This document shows positions 7,662 to 16,370 of a DNA stretch of 20,000 nt, piece after piece. The position numbers were made by a program, and so were the translations under genes. This stretch comes from an uncultured virus (IMG/VR IMGVR_UViG_3300022929_002303). Its lineage: Duplodnaviria > Heunggongvirae > Uroviricota > Caudoviricetes. The stretch is from the IMG/VR virus record IMGVR_UViG_3300022929_002303; one strand, given 5' to 3'. Every line of letters begins with the position of its first letter. The stretch's first letter is position 1. The notes beneath the pieces were generated by a model. It was not told the origin of the DNA. It was given only the letters and a program-made list of their open reading frames with translations, and did no database searches.

Positions 7662-9210
7662 CGAGAATATGGCAGAACAAATCAATCTTTCAAAAGAGCA
7701 TAAGGCAGATTGGGCACTATTTTTGCCTGCAGTCAGTAGTTTTTTTATTACTGGCTTAGGTAAGCAAAGGTGTGGGGAAGACTATTTCCCACAAGAACGT
7801 ATACCTGCAGGGTTCAATGGAGACGTAGAACGTCTTAATTTCTTAAACTCTAAAGAAGGTTTGTTCACTTATAAGTGGGGATTGTATTCTGCTGGCCATG
7901 CAGACTTAGATGTAACTAAGGACATTCCTGCTGAATCTATCATACGTGATAGAGAAGAGGGTACGTTTATGTTAGGCGACTCTGGTGGTTTTCAGATTAT
8001 GAAAGGTCAATGGCCTGCTGACTGGAAGAATCCTGATTGTCCTAAAGCACTTGAGCAACGTAAAAAAGTTCTTACGTGGATGGACACGTATATGGACTAT
8101 GGCATGTGTTTAGACATACCCTCACAGACTGTGCGAAATCAACATCTGTATGATAAGCACGGTATTAAAACCATAGAGGAAGCCGCACTGGCAACGCATA
8201 TCAACAACGATTACTTTATACATAATCGTAATGGTAACTGCAAGTTTTTAAATGTCTTGCAGGGGTTAAATCATACGCAGTCAGATAACTGGTATGAGGA
8301 AATGAAGATGTATTGCGATCCGAATAAGTACCCAGATAATCATTTTAATGGTTGGGCATTTGGTGGTCAAAATAAAATTGACATACATCTTACCTTAAAA
8401 AGAATCGTTGGTATTATACATGATGGACTGTTAGAACCCGGAAAGCATGACCTTATTCATTGCTTAGGTACATCTATCTTAGAATATGCTGTCCTGTTTT
8501 CTGATATTCAGAAAGCAGTAAGAAAGTATCACAATCCAAACTTACAGATTACGTTTGATTGTGCAAGTCCTTTCTTTGGTGCGGCTAAAGGGTTGGCATA
8601 CTTTAACTCTAATATGGAACACAATACTAAGTGGACATACTCTATGGAAAAGACTGCTGAGAGCAAAGACTTTGATCAGGACATGCGTAAATTCAGTGAC
8701 GCCGTATTAGCAGAGGGCATACATGAAACGTTTGCAGACTCTCCTGTCACTAACGCAATGGTTATGAAGGACCTTTGTTATCGTGGTCATGGTTTCTTAA
8801 ACAAGCACGGGAAAGAAACTAAAACGTCTTGGGACACACTAAGTTATACGTTGTTACAAGCACACAATGTATATCAACATATGTTTGCGGTACAAGAAGC
8901 CAACAGACAATATGATAATGGTGTTGTCCCTGCAATGTTGATGAATGAAACATTTGATCGTGTTAGATTTGGAGACGTTGTTGATGAAATCTTTGCTCTT
9001 AAAGATAGACAAAAATCATTAGACTTGATCGATCAACATAGCAGACTATGGATGCAAATTCAATCAGGATCACAAGGATTTTCAGGTAAAAGGGCTATCA
9101 ATGCAGGAACAATGTTTGATCAACTTTTTTCTGTAGAAGAAGAAACACCCATAAATAATGATGAAGAACACGAAGACAGTGATGAATTAATGCAGGGTGT
9201 TGATGAATAA
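7654..9210 (+). CDS. dpdA: TGT-fold base-exchange transglycosylase, DpdA-like (7-deazaguanine insertion into DNA)
   Basis: Ordered TGT motifs: GDSGGFQ (core DSGGFQ at 7978-7995), CLDIP, NVLQG, GWAFGG, IHCLG, TFDCASP, AHNVY. No CxCxxC zinc site. Phage context with folE/queD/queE. Alternative start at 7669 (MAEQ). Confidence 0.75.
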   Translation: MNNENMAEQINLSKEHKADWALFLPAVSSFFITGLGKQRCGEDYFPQERIPAGFNGDVERLNFLNSKEGLFTYKWGLYSAGHADLDVTKDIPAESIIRDREEGTFMLGDSGGFQIMKGQWPADWKNPDCPKALEQRKKVLTWMDTYMDYGMCLDIPSQTVRNQHLYDKHGIKTIEEAALATHINNDYFIHNRNGNCKFLNVLQGLNHTQSDNWYEEMKMYCDPNKYPDNHFNGWAFGGQNKIDIHLTLKRIVGIIHDGLLEPGKHDLIHCLGTSILEYAVLFSDIQKAVRKYHNPNLQITFDCASPFFGAAKGLAYFNSNMEHNTKWTYSMEKTAESKDFDQDMRKFSDAVLAEGIHETFADSPVTNAMVMKDLCYRGHGFLNKHGKETKTSWDTLSYTLLQAHNVYQHMFAVQEANRQYDNGVVPAMLMNETFDRVRFGDVVDEIFALKDRQKSLDLIDQHSRLWMQIQSGSQGFSGKRAINAGTMFDQLFSVEEETPINNDEEHEDSDELMQGVDE

Positions 9211-9226
9211 ATGGGTAAATGCAGTA

Positions 9227-9255
9227 TTGACAACAATGCAAAAACCTAGTATTAT
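9227..9255 (+). promoter_or_regulatory. sigma70-type promoter
   Basis: TTGACA-N17-TATTAT, intergenic; ATG at 9261 follows 5 nt later. Confidence 0.65.
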
Positions 9256-9260
9256 GAGTA

Positions 9261-9356
9261 ATGATAGAAATATTGTTTTGGAGTTTGATAGTTGTTACAT
9301 GGGCATCATATGGCATGCATGTAATAAGACAATACATCAGACATCATTTGGAGTAA
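9261..9356 (+). CDS. 31-aa single-pass membrane peptide (not in ORF track)
   Basis: MIEILFWSLIVVTWASYGMHVIRQYIRHHLE; fills the gap between the promoter and the next gene. Confidence 0.5.
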   Translation: MIEILFWSLIVVTWASYGMHVIRQYIRHHLE

Positions 9357-9363
9357 AAGAAAT

Positions 9364-9771
9364 ATGAATACAAGAGTTAAAAAGCCAAGTTTGTTTAGAA
9401 GGACAGTTATGTTTTTGGTTAATTCTTGGAGACGTGTAATGGATGTGAGATATAATCCAATCGGTAAAATCCCTGATCCAAGTCTACAAACATATTTCAT
9501 GTTAGTATTGTTTACTGTATGGAGTGTATGGTTTGGATTCTTAGCATCTAATTACTTAGGTTTCTTTAACTACAATACTGTAGTCAGTATTATTATTCAC
9601 ATTTCTATTCTGCTTCCACTAGCATTCACTAACGCAGTCTTTGTTGATGCAGAACGTGACGGACATAAGTGGCTTAAAGAATGGAAAGAAGAACAAAACA
9701 GATACACATTGGTAACAAATAGATTGCGTAAAAAAAATCTGACTATTTGGGACCCTAGCAAGGAAGCATAA
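9364..9771 (+). CDS. Hypothetical membrane protein (2 TM)
   Basis: Two hydrophobic segments after MDVRYNPIGKIPD; GGAG RBS; TAATG coupling to the next gene. Confidence 0.7.
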   Translation: MNTRVKKPSLFRRTVMFLVNSWRRVMDVRYNPIGKIPDPSLQTYFMLVLFTVWSVWFGFLASNYLGFFNYNTVVSIIIHISILLPLAFTNAVFVDAERDGHKWLKEWKEEQNRYTLVTNRLRKKNLTIWDPSKEA

Positions 9772-10160
9772 TGAGAAGTATATGGGTAACATTTAGCAAA
9801 GAGGGTGTACATAAGTATCCCGGTGCTGATACAGATCCTAAGTTAGCAACAGGCGACTGGGACGATGTATCATTTTTAGGTTACCCACACAGACATATTT
9901 TTCATTTTAAAGTATGGATCGAAGTCTACCATGATGATAGAGATATTGAATTCATACAATTCAAACGTTGGTTGGAAAGACTGTACGAAGAAGTAGAAAG
10001 CAGTACAGGTGTCTTACAACTAGATCACAAATCCTGTGAAATGATTGCTGACGAACTGGCAAGTGAAATAAATTTAAAGTATCCAGGTCGTTGGCTTAAA
10101 ATTTCGGTAGCCGAAGATAATGAAAACGGTTGCGAAATGGAGTATCAGTATAATGACTGA
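9771..10160 (+). CDS. dpdL: QueD-like T-fold protein with LxxxHRHxF motif (DpdL-like, putative CDG decarboxylase)
   Basis: LGYPHRHIF (9876-9902), upstream His (EGVHKYP), DRDIEF, SCEMIA, terminal VAEDNENG. Distinct from the QueD at 17056. Confidence 0.7.
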   Translation: MRSIWVTFSKEGVHKYPGADTDPKLATGDWDDVSFLGYPHRHIFHFKVWIEVYHDDRDIEFIQFKRWLERLYEEVESSTGVLQLDHKSCEMIADELASEINLKYPGRWLKISVAEDNENGCEMEYQYND

Positions 10161-10202
10161 TATTAACTTAAATAGTAATATGAGAATACAAGGAATATTA
10201 CG

Positions 10203-10421
10203 ATGTCAAACCCTAAAACTATCAAAGTTTTTGAGGACCTTGAGGCTTTTACAGCCTTCTGTAAAGAATACGGGTATAAGGTTAAACCCGAATGTCTTTA
10301 CAACAAGAGTAGTCGCATTTGGCGACTGTATAGTCAACGATATTTGGCAGGGAAACCCGTCAGGAACATGTGGGAGATAGATGGCCAGAAATACGAAAAA
10401 AGACGACACTACAAAAGGTAG
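10203..10421 (+). CDS. Hypothetical basic phage protein
   Basis: 72-aa ORF with an upstream AAGGA, filling the operon gap. Confidence 0.65.
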   Translation: MSNPKTIKVFEDLEAFTAFCKEYGYKVKPECLYNKSSRIWRLYSQRYLAGKPVRNMWEIDGQKYEKRRHYKR

Positions 10422-10428
10422 CAAGAAA

Positions 10429-11424
10429 ATGACTGCTAAAAAAACTGTAGCAAAGAAGACGCCTGCTAAAAAGCCGGCAACTAAAAAAGCGCCTACAAAG
10501 ACAGTCAAAAAGAAAGCACCAGTCGCAACAAAGAAAACTGTTGAAAAGGCAGTTGAACCGAAACCAGTCTTGCAAAAGATTGAAATGCCGAAAACTCCTA
10601 CAAGAGAAAATGGCACAGTAGTCTTAGTAACAGGTGGTTTTGATCCTATGCATTCAGGTCATTTAGATTATATAGATGCCGCTAAAGAATTAGGTCGTGA
10701 GGAATCATGGCATGGCGCTAAAGTAGTAGTCGGTGTCAATAGTGATGATTGGCTTGTTCGTAAGAAAGGCAAGTGTTTTATGCCTGTCGAAGAACGAGTA
10801 CGACTGCTATTAGCATTGCGTAATGTAGATCAAGTAATCACATTTGATGATTCGGACGATTCCAGCATGAATGCTATCCATATTACTAGACATATGTTCC
10901 CGGATGAGCATATAATATTTGCTAATGGCGGAGATAGAACTAGTGCTAACATTAAAGAAATGAACTATCCAGATACAAATGTATCATTTTCATTTGGAGT
11001 AGGTGGAGATAAAACTCAATCTAGTTCTAGTCTTTTAGGTGAATGGGCGGCTCCTCGAACTGAACGTGATTGGGGTTACTATCGTGTACTGCATGAGTTT
11101 AGTAGAGAAGTCAAAGTTAAGGAACTAACAGTTGATCCTGGCGCATCGTTAAGTATGCAAAGGCATCAAGGCAGGGGAGAGTTTTGGTTTGTTGCTAGTG
11201 GTGTTGCTACAGTTTATACAGTAGCATATCCCAATGATCCTAAACGTGATATCGGTGACATTTTAGTTGGTAAGTTTGGTAAACATGATTCAACTTGGAT
11301 TCCAGTGAATGAATGGCACAGACTAGTTAATAACGAAAGTGAACCACTTACTGTATGTGAAATTCAATTTGGAGATAACTGTATTGAAGAAGATATTGAA
11401 CGAGTGTTTAGACCTAAGGGGTAA
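10429..11424 (+). CDS. Fusion: K/A/P-rich histone-H1-like tail + cytidylyltransferase-like nucleotidyltransferase + mannose-6-P-isomerase-type cupin
   Basis: N-terminal TAKKTVAKKTPAKKPATKK; HIGH motif TGGFDPMHSGH, VGVNSDDWL..KKG, FANGGDR; cupin ERDWGYYRVL...SLSMQRH...EFWFV...WHRL...EIQFG...EEDIER. Start set at ATG 10429, after the previous stop at 10421. Confidence 0.85.
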   Translation: MTAKKTVAKKTPAKKPATKKAPTKTVKKKAPVATKKTVEKAVEPKPVLQKIEMPKTPTRENGTVVLVTGGFDPMHSGHLDYIDAAKELGREESWHGAKVVVGVNSDDWLVRKKGKCFMPVEERVRLLLALRNVDQVITFDDSDDSSMNAIHITRHMFPDEHIIFANGGDRTSANIKEMNYPDTNVSFSFGVGGDKTQSSSSLLGEWAAPRTERDWGYYRVLHEFSREVKVKELTVDPGASLSMQRHQGRGEFWFVASGVATVYTVAYPNDPKRDIGDILVGKFGKHDSTWIPVNEWHRLVNNESEPLTVCEIQFGDNCIEEDIERVFRPKG

Positions 11425-11426
11425 TT

Positions 11427-12617
11427 ATGCGTAAACTATATTACATGGGCTTAGAACCCTACGAAGCAAGATACACATTACAACTGCAACAGTGGAATAC
11501 TGAAGCATTTGACAAACGTAAACTTGACTACGTAGTTGTTCCAGGTGAACTATTAACAACTGATCAGTCCATTGTAACAGGTCAAGTATTAGACGCACAC
11601 GGTCGTTCATACTTTGGTATGTCACAAATGATGTCATTAGTTAAACTGATGAAAGAAGGCGAAGTAACAAGTGAAGACTGTATCTTCTTTGAAGATATGT
11701 TTCAGCCAGGTATTGAATCACTTCCTTATATAATGAATCAAGTTTCAGAAGAACACAGACCTAAAGTCTTTGTAAGATGTTTAGCACAGTCTGTTGATCC
11801 AGATGATTTCGTACATGTCTGGGGCATGGAGAAATGGATGAGTTTGTATGAGAAAATGGTCAATGAATTTGTAACAGGTGTCTTAGCAACTAATGAAGAA
11901 ATGGTTGCACATATGAAGATTGCAGGTTGGACTGCTCCTATCTATAATATTTCAGGTCTTGCATTTGGTAAAGAAGAAGTGCGTAGACGATTACTAGAAC
12001 TAGAAGAATTCAAACCCTTTGAAGAACGTAAAATGCGAGTGGCGTTTACTGCTCGTTGGGACCAAGAGAAACAACCTGACTTTTATATGGATCTTATTGA
12101 AGAATGGTATGCTAGATATGGTAAGAAGCATGGTATTGAATTCTGTCTACTATCAGGTGGAGAGTTAAGAAGCAATAATGATTCGTACATGAAACGTACA
12201 AAGAAATTGCAGAAACAAAAGAAACTAGTTATCCATGAGAATCTATCTAAGAATGATTACTATAGAATTCTGAACGATACTAGAGTTGTATTTAATTGTG
12301 CATTACAAGACTGGGTAAGTAATACAGTCTCTGAAGGTGATGCATTAGGATGTAATGTTTTATTCCCTGCGTACAGAAGTTTCCCTGAAACGTTTGCTAA
12401 TGACAGGGATAGACTTTATATTCCATGGTCAATTGATGATGTGATCGATAAGATGCATCCTCTATTGGGTATTCAACATCAAAATCAAGGTAAAATTAGT
12501 GATTGGACTAATGGCACTATTGATCGTTGTATCGACATCATGCAAGGTAAAGGTGAACAATGGTTGCGTATGTCAGCCGATTACAGAAAACATACTAGAG
12601 AAAACAAATTTAAATAG
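11427..12617 (+). CDS. GT-B fold glycosyltransferase (GT4-like C-terminal domain)
   Basis: VAFTARWDQEKQPD, LSKNDYYRIL...VVFNCALQDWVSNTVSEGDALGCNVLFP...SFPE match the GT-B donor-binding region. Confidence 0.75.
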   Translation: MRKLYYMGLEPYEARYTLQLQQWNTEAFDKRKLDYVVVPGELLTTDQSIVTGQVLDAHGRSYFGMSQMMSLVKLMKEGEVTSEDCIFFEDMFQPGIESLPYIMNQVSEEHRPKVFVRCLAQSVDPDDFVHVWGMEKWMSLYEKMVNEFVTGVLATNEEMVAHMKIAGWTAPIYNISGLAFGKEEVRRRLLELEEFKPFEERKMRVAFTARWDQEKQPDFYMDLIEEWYARYGKKHGIEFCLLSGGELRSNNDSYMKRTKKLQKQKKLVIHENLSKNDYYRILNDTRVVFNCALQDWVSNTVSEGDALGCNVLFPAYRSFPETFANDRDRLYIPWSIDDVIDKMHPLLGIQHQNQGKISDWTNGTIDRCIDIMQGKGEQWLRMSADYRKHTRENKFK

Positions 12618-12625
12618 GAATAATT

Positions 12626-13534
12626 ATGAAACATTTTAAACTACTAGTAGCAGTAGGATTTTTAAGTGCCATTGTTGGATGTGCGCCTTTTGAATCACCT
12701 GTTAAAGCACAAGGATCACAGACATTCAAACCTGGATTCACTATTGATTATACAGATTGCGGAGAAATAAGTTCTCCAGACGGAGCAAACTCAATGCAAT
12801 TTGGCAAGCCAGATGAATCATGTGGTGGAAGAGTTGTCTCTGATCAAGGCTATAAAAACATTACACAAATAAGATTTACAGCAGATTTGAGTAGTGCTAA
12901 TGGAAACTTTGTTACAAGTACTTTTTACATGGTAAACAATCCAACGAATCCTAGTTTACAACCTATCCATGACAACTATTGTGATGCAGGTGGAAACAAA
13001 GCAGAATGGAATTGCCAAGAAGTAGACTTCTTTGAAGTCAACAAAAACGTATTCTTTCAGCATACCATGCACATTGGTGATGGTAGTGTAAACGCTCCTC
13101 AAAACTTTCAGTTTAGTTACTCAACTACTGAAGATCAATGTTTTGTAAATCTAGCAGAAGGTACAGGGATTGTTTCTTGGAACGGTATTGATATCAAACA
13201 ACCAGTTGACTTTGTTGTTGACTTAGATGAAAACGGTATGACCGTAACGATTAAACAAGGATCAATTTCAACAGTTGTATATCAAATGGGAGAAGGTTTT
13301 TCAGGGTCAACAACTTTTGATTCAGATCAAATTGCACGTTGGCAAGAAGGTAGAGCCCAAGGCTATTGGCTTAACTTAAGTCGTTGGCAAGATGATAAAG
13401 GTCAACCACCATGGTCACCGGGTGCGCCACAAGGCTTTTATAATTGGAGTTGTCCATGGGGTAGTGTCTGTGGAGCAACCGATTCATACTTTAAAGTATA
13501 TAATATTGAAGTAGACGCAGAAGATACCATCTAA
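12626..13534 (+). CDS. Predicted lipoprotein with clan GH-B (GH7/GH16-like) glycoside hydrolase domain
   Basis: Signal peptide with lipobox-like AIVG-C19; catalytic ExDxxE (EVDFFE, 13019-13036) in YCDA...[10 protein letters not shown]; several Cys. Confidence 0.65.
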   Translation: MKHFKLLVAVGFLSAIVGCAPFESPVKAQGSQTFKPGFTIDYTDCGEISSPDGANSMQFGKPDESCGGRVVSDQGYKNITQIRFTADLSSANGNFVTSTFYMVNNPTNPSLQPIHDNYCDAGGNKAEWNCQEVDFFEVNKNVFFQHTMHIGDGSVNAPQNFQFSYSTTEDQCFVNLAEGTGIVSWNGIDIKQPVDFVVDLDENGMTVTIKQGSISTVVYQMGEGFSGSTTFDSDQIARWQEGRAQGYWLNLSRWQDDKGQPPWSPGAPQGFYNWSCPWGSVCGATDSYFKVYNIEVDAEDTI

Positions 13535-13544
13535 GGAGTACGTA

Positions 13545-14678
13545 ATGCGAATTGAATCTGAGATTAAGTTAGACTTTTCAGATGTATTAATTAAACCAAA
13601 GAGATCAACACTAGGATCACGTAAACAAGTACAATTAGAACGAGAATATACATTCAGAAATTACGTTCCCCCGGATATGTCTATAGAAGCAATTAGACCT
13701 GAATCAGCACAATACTCTGGTATCCCTATTATGGCAAGTAATATGGACGGTGTTGGGACTTTTGATATGGCAAATAAACTTGCTGAATTAGGTTTGTTCA
13801 CTTGTCTAGTTAAAACTTATAGTGTAGAACAATTAACACAATTCTTTTTAGAAACAAATGGCACAAGACGAGAGCATGTTGCCATGAGTATAGGTATCAC
13901 TGACGATGATATTGAAAAACTAGACAGAGTAATGAAAGTTAGTGCTGTTAAATTTTTATGCATAGATGTTGCTAACGGTTACTCAGAACGTTTTGCAGGA
14001 GTAGTCAAACGAATTAGAGAAAAGCATCCGTCATTAGTTATCATTGCAGGTAACGTAGTGACAGGTGAAATGACAGAGGAGTTAATATTAAGTGGAGCCG
14101 ACATCGTTAAAGTGGGCATTGGGCCTGGTAGTGTTTGCACTACTCGCATTAAGACTGGAGTTGGGTACCCGCAGTTATCCGCAATCATGGAGTGTGCTGA
14201 CGCCGCTCATGGTCTTGGTGGACACATCATTGCTGATGGGGGTTGTTCAAGTTCTGGAGATGTAGCAAAAGCATTTGGTGCAGGCGCTGACTTTGTTATG
14301 CTAGGTGGTATGTTAGCAGGACATGACGAAGGTGGCGGCGAAATCATAGAGAAAACTTACATCACTAATGAACAAGCACCAGCAACAAGTGCAGGCATTG
14401 GTAAAAAGGTCCAAAAACAATTTATTCAATTTTATGGCATGAGCAGTGATACAGCAAACAAGAAACACTTTGGTGGACTAAAAGATTATCGTAGTTCAGA
14501 GGGTCGAACAGTATCGATTCCTTATAAGGGCGATGTTGCTAACACAGTGCAAGACATCTTAGGGGGCATTAGAAGCGCCTGTACTTACGCAGGAGCACGT
14601 AAACTTAAAGACTTGAGTAAGTGTACTACCTTTGTTAGAGTAAATAATCAATATAACAAAGTATTTGAAAACAATTGA
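13545..14678 (+). CDS. guaC: GMP reductase
   Basis: [79 protein letters not shown]; no CBS insert. Confidence 0.93.
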   Translation: MRIESEIKLDFSDVLIKPKRSTLGSRKQVQLEREYTFRNYVPPDMSIEAIRPESAQYSGIPIMASNMDGVGTFDMANKLAELGLFTCLVKTYSVEQLTQFFLETNGTRREHVAMSIGITDDDIEKLDRVMKVSAVKFLCIDVANGYSERFAGVVKRIREKHPSLVIIAGNVVTGEMTEELILSGADIVKVGIGPGSVCTTRIKTGVGYPQLSAIMECADAAHGLGGHIIADGGCSSSGDVAKAFGAGADFVMLGGMLAGHDEGGGEIIEKTYITNEQAPATSAGIGKKVQKQFIQFYGMSSDTANKKHFGGLKDYRSSEGRTVSIPYKGDVANTVQDILGGIRSACTYAGARKLKDLSKCTTFVRVNNQYNKVFENN

Positions 14679-15613
14679 AATCTCCAACGCATTTAATTAC
14701 AGCAGGGTGTTCTTATTCACAACCTGCTAATAAAGATATCACATGGCCGTTAGAGTTACAACACCAAATAAAATCTTTAAGATATGTAGCACATAAAGGT
14801 CATGGTGCCTCTGGTAATTCAATTATATCACGCAAAGTAATATCTACTGTACTATCGGCATTAGAACAGGGTGTATCACCTGACCAAATGTTAGTAGGAA
14901 TTATGTGGTCTGGTTGTGACAGACAATCACACTATTCTGAAAAATATCAACACAATTTTATGAAAACTACTGTAAGGGGAGGTCTACAAGATTACGATGT
15001 TTTTATAGATCAAATCAATACCGGAACATATGATTTTCCGGTATTTGTAGATATCACTGACAATTATGGCGAAATGAAAGAATACGGCAATGTATTAAAT
15101 CCTCTTTCAATAAGAAATCCAAACATACCTTGTCATTATATATTAAATCCGCATTGGAACGATGAACTGACTATAAAGTATTTTGAAAGTTTTGTTAACC
15201 CTGAAAAAGCAATTATAGAAACATGTGAACACATTTTAAGAACGCAATGGTTTCTTAAAGACAAGGGTATCAGATATTTTATGACAGAATATGACCATGA
15301 TGTTTTTACATATATGGGACCTCACTATCTAAGTAAAAATTATTCTGATCAATCAGAATGTAAAATAAACCCAGACGAGTATACAAAAGAAAAACATTTT
15401 GCACATTTAACAAACCCGGAAATTAATTATCTTTACAAAGAAATAGATAAAAATTATTGGTTACCAATAAAACATTTACAAGATTGGGTAACTAACATAA
15501 GTGTATATAATCATAGAGAATCAGGTGATCCGCATCCAAGCACTGAGCAACATAAAGATTTTACGGAACAAATTATTGTTCCCTTTTTACTTGAAAAATA
15601 TAATATACAGTAA
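14675..15613 (+). CDS. SGNH/GDSL hydrolase-like protein
   Basis: AGCSYS, GASGN, IMWSG, C-terminal DPHPSTEQH; same architecture as 2801..3427. TTG start overlaps the guaC stop. Confidence 0.6.
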   Translation: MKSPTHLITAGCSYSQPANKDITWPLELQHQIKSLRYVAHKGHGASGNSIISRKVISTVLSALEQGVSPDQMLVGIMWSGCDRQSHYSEKYQHNFMKTTVRGGLQDYDVFIDQINTGTYDFPVFVDITDNYGEMKEYGNVLNPLSIRNPNIPCHYILNPHWNDELTIKYFESFVNPEKAIIETCEHILRTQWFLKDKGIRYFMTEYDHDVFTYMGPHYLSKNYSDQSECKINPDEYTKEKHFAHLTNPEINYLYKEIDKNYWLPIKHLQDWVTNISVYNHRESGDPHPSTEQHKDFTEQIIVPFLLEKYNIQ

Positions 15614-15628
15614 TATAATGTATAAATA
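15591..15628 (+). promoter_or_regulatory. Tandem sigma70 promoter and perfect T4 late box upstream of folE
   Basis: TTGAAA-N17-TATAAT (15591-15619) followed by TATAAATA (15621-15628). Confidence 0.6.
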
Positions 15629-15697
15629 CATTTGTAACACAAAGGTTACGACACAATTTAAAATAACTATATCCGCGTTAGGAAGGAGAAAAGGCAA

Positions 15698-16369
15698 ATG
15701 TCTTACAACAAAACAAAAACAGACCCTGTTCTAGGGCAACAAGTACACGATCACTTAGTCAAAATGGGAGTTGAAACTCCAGTTACTGATAATGGTCTTT
15801 CTCGTACAGAAAAAATCGACAAGATAGAAGAACACTTCAATCACATTATGAATACTTTAGGACTTGACTTATCAGATGATAGTCTTATAGATACTCCTAA
15901 ACGTGTCGCAAAAATGTATGTAAACGAAATCTTTTGGGGACTTGATTATGATGCGTTTCCCAAAGCAACTGTTGTTGAAAACAAAATGAATTATAACGAA
16001 ATGGTCGTAGAGAAAAATATTTCTGTGCAATCTAACTGTGAACATCACTTTGTTGTTATTGATGGTCTAGCAACTGTTGCATATGTACCTAATGAAAAAG
16101 TATTGGGTCTATCAAAGATTAATCGTATTGTCGAATACTTTGCAAAAAGACCTCAAATACAAGAACGTTTAACTGAGCAAGTTTATCACGCACTATCTTT
16201 TATCTTGGAAACAGAAGATGTAGCAGTAATGATTGATGCACAACATTATTGTGTGAAATCAAGAGGTGTTGAAGATACAGGCAGTTCAACGATTACAAGC
16301 AGACTAGGCGGCGGTTTCAAATCGGATCCAGAAGTCAGAGCAGAATTTTTAGCACTAGCAAGGCAGTAA
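15698..16369 (+). CDS. folE: GTP cyclohydrolase I
   Basis: [47 protein letters not shown]. Confidence 0.97.
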   Translation: MSYNKTKTDPVLGQQVHDHLVKMGVETPVTDNGLSRTEKIDKIEEHFNHIMNTLGLDLSDDSLIDTPKRVAKMYVNEIFWGLDYDAFPKATVVENKMNYNEMVVEKNISVQSNCEHHFVVIDGLATVAYVPNEKVLGLSKINRIVEYFAKRPQIQERLTEQVYHALSFILETEDVAVMIDAQHYCVKSRGVEDTGSSTITSRLGGGFKSDPEVRAEFLALARQ

Positions 16370-16370
16370 T

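Noticed and set aside
7654..9210. Canonical queuine tRNA-ribosyltransferase (tgt) and a host-type queuosine operon
   Set aside because: No CxCxxC zinc site, no queA/queF/queG in view, much longer protein, and phage replication context all favour a DpdA-like role.
10206..10616. Minus-strand hydrophobic ORFs (10206..10616, 10360..10575)
   Set aside because: Antisense shadows of the lysine-rich repeat: AAA/AAG codons read as Phe/Leu on the other strand.
13545..14678. IMP dehydrogenase
   Set aside because: The N-terminus and the ANGYSE and YRSSEGRTV motifs match GuaC-type GMP reductase, and there is no CBS subdomain.
15631..15672. Bona fide preQ1-I riboswitch
   Set aside because: The P1 stem cannot be formed convincingly and the conserved loop is not matched; kept only as a low-interest leader observation.
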